Translations under genes and position numbers: made by a program
Assembly: GCA_043228905.1 (NCBI GenBank)
Contig: JBHGNT010000005.1
Coordinates: forward strand, 13,206,001 to 13,270,000
From: Azolla caroliniana
Lineage: Eukaryota; Plantae; Polypodiophyta
Length of the DNA stretch: 64,000 nucleotides
Direction of reading: 5' to 3'
In this document: positions 25,301 to 36,195 of the stretch, piece by piece
How the letters are laid out: every line of letters starts with the position of its first letter
How positions within the stretch are numbered: position 1 is the stretch's first letter
Notes under the pieces: model-generated
The model's database searches: none
The model's input: only the letters and a program-made list of their open reading frames with translations
What the model was told of the DNA's origin: nothing

Positions 25301-27781
25301 ATACACTCGTGGGATTCACGAGTTTGCTATAACTCTTTCTTACAACATATTTCTATTCTTATTAGCCTTAAAACTCTCCTCTTCCTAGTCCAAAACCCCA
25401 GCGGTTCCCACCCGACTCACGAAACGATCTGGCGCCGAAAGGCACGACACAAGTTGGTGAACCCGACGTGAAGACGGGCTGGAAGGAGACCGACTCAATC
25501 GAAACCGAACAACCGATTCCGATTCGGCCGAATACGAATCCGATCGGAAGCCGATCAAACCGAAAGTCGATCGGACGAGAGCGATCCGGAAAAAAGTCAA
25601 GGTTGATGAAGACAAGAAAGAGGCCAGTAAAAGACACTACCACGAATGACAAGGGCCAAGAATATGACGAGAGAGAACAAAGAATATGGTGGATCGGATG
25701 GCGACAATGGTTCGGGTGGAAAGAATGGGTCTATTCAAATGGAGAGACAAAGTCAACATAACAAGAGAAGTCGAGGGTACTACGAGCCGGCAACGAAACC
25801 AATCGGGTAGAGACCGGACGGAGGAGACTAACAAACACCAACAACTTCGGCACATACCGGAGGATGTGCGGGTTTGGAGGGGGTGAGTGTCGTAGTGTAT
25901 TTTGTACACTACGTGAAAAACGTATATAGTATTAGATTAAATAAAAAATGAAGAAATAGAAGAAAATAGCAAAATAAATGGAACATGCATAGGGCAAGAT
26001 TCGAACCTTGCACCTCCATGTTAATAATGTAATGTCTTACCATTACACTAGCATTTCATTAGTGTTAAAGCATAGATGTCCCACATAGAAAGGTAAATTC
26101 ACGCTAGGATAAACATTAGAAAAACGCATAACAAAAGAAAAAGCTACACATACACATCTAGCGTGCATGATAAAAAACGCACAAGTTAGAAAAAAGCATG
26201 ATCACTTTAGATAAAGCATATAGTCTATCTATAGGAAAAGCATGGGGTCTATAGTTAGAGAAAAAGCATGGATTACTAAGACTTCCTCATCACTATATAA
26301 GGATGGGAAGCACAATGTAATTGTGTGTGAAAAATATTTGGAAACTAGATATGTTTCTAAAAAACACCAATTAATAAACTATACTCGTGGGATTCACGAG
26401 AATTCTATATCATTCTCTTTCAACCGAAGTTTATATTCTTATATTCATATTGATTAATCTAATACAATACACTCGTGGGATTCACGAGTTTGCTATAACT
26501 CTTTCTTACAACATATTTCTATTCTTATTAGCCTTAAAACTCTCCTCTTCCTAGTCCAAAACCCCAGCGGTTCCCACCCGACTCACGAAACGATCTGGCG
26601 CCGAAAGGCACGACACAAGTTGGTGAACCCGACGTGAAGACGGGCTGGAAGGAGACCGACTCAATCGAAACCGAACAACCGATTCCGATTCGGCCGAATA
26701 CGAATCCGATCGGAAGCCGATCAAACCGAAAGTCGATCGGACGAGAGCGATCCGGAAAAAAGTCAAGGTTGATGAAGACAAGAAAGAGGCCAGTAAAAGA
26801 CACTACCACGAATGACAAGGGCCAAGAATATGACGAGAGAGAACAAAGAATATGGTGGATCGGATGGCGACAATGGTTCGGGTGGAAAGAATGGGTCTAT
26901 TCAAATGGAGAGACAAAGTCAACATAACAAGAGAAGTCGAGGGTACTACGAGCCGGCAACGAAACCAATCGGGTAGAGACCGGACGGAGGAGACTAACAA
27001 ACACCAACAACTTCGGCACATACCGGAGGATGTGCGGGTTTGGAGGGGGTGAGTGTCGTAGTGTATTTTGTACACTACGTGAAAAACGTATATAGTATTA
27101 GATTAAATAAAAAATGAAGAAATAGAAGAAAATAGCAAAATAAATGGAACATGCATAGGGCAAGATTCGAACCTTGCACCTCCATGTTAATAATGTAATG
27201 TCTTACCATTACACTAGCATTTCATTAGTGTTAAAGCATAGATGTCCCACATAGAAAGGTAAATTCACGCTAGGATAAACATTAGAAAAACGCATAACAA
27301 AAGAAAAAGCTACACATACACATCTAGCGTGCATGATAAAAAACGCACAAGTTAGAAAAAAGCATGATCACTTTAGATAAAGCATATAGTCTATCTATAG
27401 GAAAAGCATGGGGTCTATAGTTAGAGAAAAAGCATGGATTACTAAGACTTCCTCATCACTACATAAGGATGGGAAGCACAATGTAATTGTGTGTGAAAAA
27501 TATTTGGAAACTAGATATGTTTCTAAAAAACACCAATTAATAAACTATACTCGTGGGATTCACGAGAATTCTATATCATTCTCTTTCAACCGAAGTTTAT
27601 ATTCTTATATTCATATTGATTAATCTAATACAATACACTCGTGGGATTCACGAGTTTGCTATAACTCTTTCTTACAACATATTTATATTCTTATTAGCCT
27701 TAAAACTCTCCTCTTCCTAGTCCAAAACCCCAGCGGTTCCCACCCGACTCAAGAAACGATCTGGCGCCGAAAGGCACGACA
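22390..27781 (+). mobile_element. Tandem array of a non-coding TRIM-like LTR element: 5 LTRs (728 bp; starting 22390, 23556, 24722, 25888, 27054) and 4 internal domains (438 bp), period 1166 bp
   Basis: TGTCG..CGACA termini; 4-bp TSD ACGT (22386-22389 / 27782-27785), whose removal restores the host HYVLSML; PBS TGGTGAACCCGACGTGAA after each of the first four LTRs; PPT ggagggggtgag before each following LTR. Confidence 0.95.
22473..22560 (-). promoter_or_regulatory. tRNA-like Pol III type-2 promoter module (A box, B box, T-run) in the TRIM LTR; repeated at +1166, +2332, +3498 and +4664
   Basis: Minus strand TAGTGTAATGG (22552-22542), then GGTTCGAATC (22509-22500) inside a GCAAG/CTTGC stem, then TTTT downstream. 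Confidence 0.6.
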
Positions 27782-29672
27782 ACGTGCTGAGTATGCTCTT
27801 CAAATTCGGGATGGCCGACTGTAAGTCCGTCTCGACTCCTCTGGACAGAACCGTCAAGCTTCGTCCCGATACGGGAAAGGTATGCGACCCGACGAGGTTC
27901 CGACCTCAGTTATCCGGTCCGGGTGATCAGTCAGTTCATGGCGCGACCTACCGAGGAGCACCTTCAGTGTGCGCAACGCATACTTCGGTATGTCAACGGC
28001 ACTAAGGACCGGCGACTGCTATATCGGACCGGTGCAGCCGCGCAGTTAGTCGGCTACACCGATGCTGATTGGGCTGGCAACGCCGCCGATCGTCGATCCA
28101 CGTCCGGATACGCATTCTCCCTCGGGAGTGCCACAATCGCGTGGAGCAGTAAGAAGCAGCCGACAGTTGCACTGTAGAGCACCGAAGCGGAGTACCGAGG
28201 AGCGGCTGTCGCGACATGCGAAGCCATATGGTTGAAGCGGCTACTTAAGGACCTGCAAGAGGAGGTGTCCGATCCGACGACGATCTACTGCGACAACCTC
28301 AGCAGCATCCAACTCGCGAAAAACCCTGTTTTCCACGCACGGACCAAGCACATTGAGGTGCACTACCATTTCGTCCGTGAGCGTGTCCTTTCCGGTGAAG
28401 TCAAACTTCAGTACGTTCCGACGGATCGGCAGGCTGCCGACATCTTCACCAAGCCTCTTGGTCTGGACAAGTTGCGGCAATTCTCAGGTGCGCTCGGATT
28501 ACGTCACCTTGACGTGCCGAACTTGAGGAGGAGAATAGTCCCGAATGACCAAGCAAGGCAGCAGGAAAGGAGCGGAGACCGTGACACCAAGTCGGTTGAC
28601 AAGTTCGACTTCGGATCGGCTAAAGAAGCCGAGGGCGGACCCGCGGAAAAGTTCGGAAGCAGACAGAAGGGGAGCAACCGAAGGAGAGAGCCGAAGCCAA
28701 CCACGCATGGGGAAGATGACGCCATCGAGGGCGAGAAGACCGAAGACGAGTTGGAGACAGCCAACTCGGACGAGAGCGAAAACCGATCGGAGGTAGCCAA
28801 GTTGGTTCGGATGTTTGATTCAGACACGTTGAATCAACCGAGGCCCAAGCGGAAGAAAAGGCAGCAGAAGAAGTGTCGACACCGCAACAGCAGAAGAGCT
28901 GGTAAGGGCCGCATGAGCAGACAAGCCGACCAGAAGGGTCGAAGCGCGCGGAGTCGAACAGGTCGAGGAGCGCGAGTGAGGCGTGAAGCCAGGAGGAACC
29001 GGAGTTGTGAGCCCGAGGATCCCGAAGAGCCTTGAGTTGAGCTTGAGGGGGAGTGTTGAGAGACAAGCTCAACATCGGCCGGTTCGGCTGAAGAAGCCAA
29101 GGACCGGATCGGTTGGGACCGATCGGTTAGGCCGAGTGTGTAAACCGGGAGGTCGTTAGGAAAGATATTCCGTGAGGAATATATTTGGGAGTTAGTGTAG
29201 GAGCTCTTGATGAGCATTGAAGTACTGTCAGTACTTCGGTCAGTCCTTCTAGGACTTGTATAAAAAGTGTTCACTGAGCACGTCTTATGTACAAACTGAG
29301 TATTATTGTTGAATATAGTTTTTTTGTGTCTTCTCTCTCACTCTCTCTGTCTCTCCCGCATATACCGTTTAAGCTCAAGCTCTCCATTGAACTTGAGTTT
29401 CCTTCCTTCTGTTCGGTCTTCATACTTGCTTCCGCACGTTACTTTCTACACATATGCATTCCCCTCTCACTCATGTGGCCAAGCCTTTTATGCCCTCAAT
29501 CTGACATCCGGGACATGGTGTATATCCTTCAATAATAATCTGCAACTAGTAGATGTTATCAAACATACATTTTCAATGCCAACTATTTTGCATTCACCAT
29601 CATTTACTATCTTTACATAACCATATATCACTTATTGTATAGGATGAGAAGCATTCTCTCTTGGGAGTTAGG

Positions 29673-30210
29673 TGTAACGATCCACTAGAATCACTACAAA
29701 GTTCCCTCATCACTAGCAAGATTTACACAGTTCTGTTCACTAATGAACAACAACTCTCATTGGTTGCCACAACTGAGATGTTTTTCTCATCAGGGATTTT
29801 CTTGGGTAACAAACTACGTCACACTCAGTGTATAGAACAAGAGAGAACAAAGTAAAGAAAACTAGAACGGTAGAACCCGACTCTTGGAAAAGTGAGGTAC
29901 CACAATCTGACCTTCAAATGCACGCTTCTTGATAACACAACCAGAAGCACTAGAGTCTCTATAGAGTCTCCTAACTCTGCACTGTTCTCTTATGTCTGTT
30001 CTCTTACCTCTCTCATTCTCTGTCTCACTCACACTCTGCTGACACACTCAACTCTTGTTCACTTTTGTCTATTTGCATAATCATCTTGCCCTAAGTCAGA
30101 TTTACTTATATATGCCTCTTTTCGGCCTTTTTGGCCGGTTTCGGCCATCCGGCCGACTTATGACCTTTCAACCGTCCTCTCCCATGAGAAGGGACACACA
30201 CATAACAACA
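29673..30210. repeat. Probable LTR or solo-LTR remnant
   Basis: Begins TGTAAC, ends ..AACAACA, has a TATA-like motif and CT-rich tracts; no partner LTR or clear TSD seen. Confidence 0.35.
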
Positions 30211-30738
30211 TTATGAGGCACACAAAGGAGACTTGCTCATTCAAGAGAATATTCAAATTATCGAGCCTCAAACCATTGAGAAAGGGGGTTGGCGGGGAGT
30301 GGGTCACATCATCAACGAGGTGAACTTACATGCAATATATGATGTTTACAAGGAAGTGATAAAATAAAAGAACATATTTGGAAGAAGCCTTCATGAATGT
30401 GAGGATGAATAAACATCACCATGTGTCAAATTTATGAGTGTTACGAATTGTTTTATTATGTATGGGTTGTGATCAATAAACCCTTGGACATTAGATGAGG
30501 TGAGGCAATGAAGTGGAAAACTGCATGTGAATGTATAAGAAGAAGAAGAAACAAGCGTGTGAAACGACCCTTAGTCAGAAAGAAGGGGGGGGGGGGGGGG
30601 ATGGGATGGGATGGATTGCTGTTGTTTGATGCCAAGAGGCATGATGATGCTGTTCTGCATGCCATGTGCGCTCGCTTTGGGGGGGCACCAAAAAATAACT
30701 ACACGCTTCACATGAACACCCCCCCCGCCCCCCATACA

Positions 30739-30745
30739 TATATAA
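30739..30745 (+). promoter_or_regulatory. Candidate TATA box of the zinc-finger gene
   Basis: TATATAA ~250 bp upstream of the ATG, followed by a pyrimidine-rich tract. Confidence 0.35.
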
Positions 30746-30994
30746 CTAATCTTTCTTCCATCGCCCCCCCGCCCCCCGCCCCCCGCCCCCCACCCTCTTT
30801 CTCTCTCTCTCTTTCTGTGTGTTTTCCTCCCGTGGGGGCAATGGAAAGAGACAAGATCAAGAATATATACTGCTGCTCCTGTACTGGTCAGTACTAGTAT
30901 GTATGTATTGTGGTAGTACTGACCGCAAAGGTGTGCAGCAGTGAAGAAGGCCAGACTTCTAGAGACACAGAGGGAGAGGGAGAGGGGAGCAGTA

Positions 30995-33041
30995 ATGCAG
31001 GTGGGCACGGACAGTTATGCCGCCGCCGCTCCCCCGCCCTACCTGCTGGAGGAGCCACCTTCTCGCTCCTCCTTCCCATCCAGCAAGCCCAAGCCCAAGC
31101 AGCAGCATGAGGCGGGAAATGAGCAATCCAGCGTGCATTGTGAAAGTAAGAATGGAGACCTGATTCTCCGTGACGTGGTGGGGGGGGTGGGCGTTGGAAT
31201 CCAGAAACATGAGAGCCTCGCAACAGTTTCCCCCTCCTCCGCCTCGTCTTTTCCCACCGACGATAAGAAGCTACAATACACGCTCCGCAGCAACCCAAAG
31301 CGTAGCCGCCGCTTCTTTGATCCTGATTACACTCTGGAGCTGGCTTCAGCCACTGGTGTTTCAATGTTGTCTGGCGGCGGCAGTGGAGGAGGAGGAGGAG
31401 GAGGGTCGGCCTCACCCACCAGCAGGAACGTATCATCTCCATCCCCATTGGCCCCCCAGCAGCAGCAGGAGGCTAGCATCATCATCCATTTGGATCATCG
31501 CTCTTCTTCCTTCCTCAACAACAACAACAACAACAGCAGCAACGGCAAATGCACCGATCTGATATCAGCTTCAGGTAATCATATATTTAGCCAAAACGCT
31601 CATAATCATCATCATCATCATCTCAGTTCTGTGTCTATCGTGGAGACTAGTGGTGTCACATCATCAAATCCATTGGCGGCTCCTATAACCCCTGCCCCTG
31701 TCTCTGCCTCAACCACCACCTCCCCCGCAGTGCAGACAGCAGCATCTGCAACTTTCAAGAAACCAAATTCTCTCTTCTCTGAGAAAGCCAGGGCATGCAC
31801 TGAATGCGGGAAACAGTTCCCTTCTTGGAAAGCTCTGTTCGGCCACATGCGCTGCCACCCGGAGCGACAATGGCGTGGCATCCAGCCGCCCGCCTCCTTG
31901 AGCATCCAGAAATTACAGAAGATACCCTCCTCAGATAATAATTCCACCACTGTCTTAAACAATGTTCCAAGCGTTGTTGGGATCCAGCGTCCCACACGCC
32001 CCGGCCACCAATCTACAAAATCAAACCGCCGCCGCCGACCCACCACAACAGCTACCAACAGTAGCTACCACCACAGCCCCTCCACCACCGTGCCTGCCGT
32101 TGCCTCTTATGTTAATTGGGATTCTGATTCGGATAACAGTGGCGGCGCCCATGACCATGCTGCCACGGCCCAACAGCTAGCGTCTATGCAGGACAGTGAC
32201 ACAGAAAGCATTGAAGCTGCATATATTAGTGGGAGAGAGCCAGTCAACGAAGATTATGCAAACCAGAAGGCTGGAGGTGGCAGTGCCATCAGAATAGGGG
32301 AACCTCAGTGGCGGCAGAGCTTTCATGCATCAGACTTCGATCTCAATCTGTCTTCTGATCAGTCAGCCGAGTGTATCCCTATTCATTCTAAGGAACATAA
32401 GCATAGTACTGATCCAGATCCGCAGAGCTATCTGGATGAGCGGGACATGGCCGATTGCTTGGTTATGTTGGCTTTTGCTGGTGCAAAAGGTGAGGTGGAG
32501 ATAGAGGCCCGTGCTCCACCGCTGTTGGAGTCGGACCATAGTTCGTCTGATCAGAAAGGGGACAAAGGAAGGGCTGAGCGGCTGGATGCTGTGGCAGGAA
32601 TTCTTGAGTATTCTAGCCAGTACTCATCGGCAGGTGGAAGAGGAGGTGACAGCACTGCCTGTGGAGTCGAAGTGATGGCACCTCAGAGGAAGATGATGAA
32701 AAGGAAGAAGAAGTTGACGATGATGAGCGATGGCAATCATAACAATAAGAAGTATATGGATCAGAAGAGCTTCCTTTTCTTGGCCAAGTACAGTAGCAGT
32801 ACATTGGCAGATCAAACGTCGTGCATGAAGAAGGAGGGGGAGGGTAGTAGGATTACAGGGACTGGCGCAGGCAGCAGCATGACTTGGGCGGGGATTACTG
32901 AGGGCAGCAGGATCGCCAAGTTCCAATGTAGCACTTGCAAGAAAACGTTCCGGTCTCACCAAGCATTGGGCGGGCACAGGGCGAGCCATAAGAGGGTGAA
33001 AGGATGCTTCGCCAGAACCATCATTGAAGGAGGAGAGTCAG

Positions 33042-33073
<32 letters not shown>

Positions 33074-35122
33074 TCGCAACAGAATAATAGTGAGGACCTC
33101 TCTATTCACATTACTAATGGTACTGCTGCTTCTCCTCCAAGCCATGAGACGTGGGTGGGAGCTGCGGCCATGGCAGCACCACTTCACATGTTGCCGCCGT
33201 TAGGTCTCTCATCCGATCATCATCATCATCGTCGTCGTTGTCGTCATCATCATCATATGAAAAATGGAAGGGAATTCACAGTCGGGCAGCATTCTCAACA
33301 ACAGGAGCCGCAGCCACTACCTCCCGCACTGACCATGACCATGAATTTCTTCTCTGCTGCGGATGAAGATAAGGGGAGGATCAGTACTATGAATCATAAT
33401 ATGATAACTGATATGGCAAAACCCGATGAGGATGAAAGGGAGGATACCGTCACAAATATAGTCCCTGGTGATGGTGATGATGATGATGATGAGGAGGAGG
33501 AGGAGGAAGATGGTGGTGGTGGTGGTACTGAGGACGCGGATGATGTTGATATGGATCTGGGCCATTTCTTGCAATGCAGCAGCACTGGTTATGATAACCT
33601 TATGAATCACCCAAATCATCAACAGGAGGGTTTTGTTGTACCAGAGATGGATAAGAGTTTAGATCAAGAATCACGCTCAGCCAATTATAGTATTAGAGAT
33701 CAAGTAGCCGTTGTCGAGCTGCTGCTGCAAAAGAGGAAGAAGACGCAGCAGAAGAAGATGAAGATGAAGATGAAGAAACCTGCAGCAACAGAGGTGATGT
33801 TGCAGGAACAATTATGCATGAAGAAGCTCATGAGCAGTAGCTGCAACAACTCCTCCAGTAATAATATCCCCCCACCAGCAGCTAATATTGCCATTAACAG
33901 TTTGAGTAGCGCTAACATCATGGTAAGTTCTGCCATCATTGCTGGATCAGCCAATCATCAAAATAATGCTAGTCATGGTGCGAATATTACATTAAAGATC
34001 CATGAATGCACTATCTGCCACAGAGTGTTCTCAACAGGGCAAGCTCTTGGAGGCCATAAGAGATGCCATTGGGGTGGTTCATTATCCAATAGCTCAGCCA
34101 ATGCTACCATTGCTACTACCACCACTTCTACTAACACCAACTCTGCATTATTGTTCTTAACGGCAGCACCAGAAGAACATCAACCATCAACACTACTGGG
34201 TCATGGCCTCAAATCAGGAAAGCCCATGATCACCATCAACCACCATGTCACTGATACTAATAGCTCAGCTACAATGGTCACTACTGATGTAATAATGAAT
34301 GACGACGATCGTCATCACCTGGTGGATAACACTAATATGAATCACGCAGAACTAGGAGCTCAATATGGAGCTATGACATCTACTAATACTACTGCTTCCG
34401 CTACAGTCTCTACAGGGCTGGCGATCTCAGTCACAGTAGGGATTAACAAGAACACCATTATTAATGATCATCCGCATCAAAGCTCCTCCTCCTCCTCATC
34501 ATCATCATCATCACAATCACAATCCATTGATGTGACTAATAGCATCATTGCTAATAGTAATTCAGTTAGTAATAGCTGCAGCAAGGAGACATTATGCCTC
34601 ATGAATCTTGCTCCAGGGGCGCTTAACAACACCACCACCGTTACCAGCTCTAGTGCAAGGACTTGTACTCTCTTAAGTGCTGCTATGAAGGATGATTTTA
34701 TCAATGAGCCAATAATGCAGGCAGATGTAGACAGCAACAACACCATGAGGGGGATGAGGATGATGAATAATGATCAAGAGCATGTTGATCAGAAGAAGAT
34801 GATGATGATGATGATGACGACCACCACCACCATGATGAATCTCGATAGTAATGAATTATATACAGATGATCGTCAGGTATCAGAACATCAATATCATCGT
34901 CATCAAGTTGATCATAGTGATGTTGAGCACCATGACCTTCTTGACCTCAACTTACCCGCAGCACCTCATTATAGTGCTAACCTGCATATCAATATCATTT
35001 CTTCTGCTCCCACTCATGTTGATAGTATTAATCCTACTAATAATCCCAAGACCGTTAAAGAGAATACTACAACTACTGATCGTTTACCCTTCCTTGGGCT
35101 TCCTTCTCCTCCTCTCAATTAA
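30995..35122 (+). CDS. DAZ1: Intronless C2H2 zinc-finger transcriptional repressor, DAZ1/DAZ2 (ZAT2/ZAT3)-like, ~1375 aa
   Basis: Fingers CTECGKQFPSWKALFGHMRCHPERQWRGIQPP, CSTCKKTFRSHQALGGHRASHKRVKGCFA and CTICHRVFSTGQALGGHKRCHW; L-box-like DMADCLVMLA; EAR motifs FDLNL and LDLNLP. First in-frame ATG at 30995 follows an upstream stop at 30920. Confidence 0.88.
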
Positions 35123-36102
35123 CTAACTTTGAGATGGGACGAGACACCCCTGCCAGTTCCTGGTTTTCCAACTCTTTGAGAAAACCGAAGAAAAACGAAA
35201 GTGCATGCATGCTTCTAGTTCAGCTTGGTTGCACGTCCCACAACAGAGTCAGTCAGTTAGTCAGTCAGTGAGTGATGTTGGCGAGGAGAGGGAGGAGGGT
35301 ATTATCGTTGCTCAACATAGCATACATCCGATCCCATCTCCTCTTGCAGCTCCGCTCGTCTCTTCTCTATTCTATGAAAGAAGATCACAACTCTCTATCA
35401 CTACTGACTAACGTCTTTATTCTCATTTCTATTTATGAATAAGACTAATTGGAACTCGAGCTGCGATTGGTGGAGTTTACATATATTATTAATTCTGTTT
35501 TCGCTGAAATTTAAAATATTAGGATCCATGTTTGTTGAATTTTTTTTCCTCGTAACTTTCTCCTACTAGTTAAAAGATTCATTCCAACACCTCTTCTTCA
35601 ACTTAACTGATATGTCTTTAACATACCATCATCACATCATCTTGGTGTCCAATCTACTAAGCCCATGTAAAAATATCAACGCCCTTCATGATTTCGTGGT
35701 GGTTGATTTAGTTTAATGTATGATTAGTAACATCCATGCAGTGATTGAAAGATTGTTCCATTGCTTCGTCAAACCTTGATCAATAAGCATGTCAGATCAT
35801 AGACAAAATCATCATTTGAACAACAATATCAATGGTAAAATATCACTCTATGACATAAATAATAATGAAGTAAAAAGGACCAATGTATCATATGGTATAT
35901 GCCCCCATGGCCCAAGCCAAGAGAATGAGTTATCCCACAAAAAAATATAAATAGACAAAAGTGTATGCATATAAGTTTATATGTGTGAGTGTGTATGTAT
36001 TCTTCTATATATGAATTATGGTTATGGGTATGTAGATGATTTCTTGAGATATTTATGGAAATGAGTATGGGTATAGGATTTAAGTATGTATGTAATGTAT
36101 AT

Positions 36103-36141
36103 TGTAAACGTGAGTGTTTGCGGAAGCGTAGAACAGAGAAC

Positions 36142-36195
<54 letters not shown>

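Larger units (their letters stand above)
21004..29450 (+). mobile_element. Ty1/copia element C2, internally deleted (most of the 5' LTR, gag, PR and INT lost); hosts the TRIM array
   Basis: TSD CATAT (20999-21003 / 29451-29455). ~98-bp 5' LTR remnant matching the 3' LTR 29054-29450. RT (YKARLVAKGY, QMDVKNVF, LYVDD), RH (YTDADWAG, TKHIEVHYHF), PPT gagggggag. Confidence 0.93.
11525..29672 (-). mobile_element. Old Tnt1/Tork-like copia element C1, split into pieces 11525-12259 (RT/INT end), 20241-21003 (INT) and 29456-29672 (GAG-pre-integrase/PR end) by nested insertions
   Basis: PRYKARIVVKGFQQEKGVDF, YFVAFIDG..LNGLAERMN, WHKRLGHMSERG. Reading continues across both insertions (CIFLGYSRDEFG|YKLW and GMHM|LAGK). 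Confidence 0.85.

Noticed and set aside
22390-27781. CRISPR-like array, satellite or tandem gene cluster (repeated 60-97-aa ORFs)
   Set aside because: Units are near-identical with no unique spacers. The structure is LTR-PBS-internal-PPT with a TSD, and the short ORFs have no recognisable domains.
30136-30174. AACCG cores as DUO1/MYB sites for the DAZ1-like gene
   Set aside because: 5-bp motifs are expected by chance and these fall in LTR-like sequence; not supportable without conservation data.
30508-30897. 129-aa ORF upstream of the zinc-finger gene
   Set aside because: Built from G/C homopolymer and microsatellite sequence, with no domain.
36146-36193. (AG)n microsatellite
   Set aside because: Ordinary LTR-internal microsatellite; explains the length difference between the two C3 LTRs.
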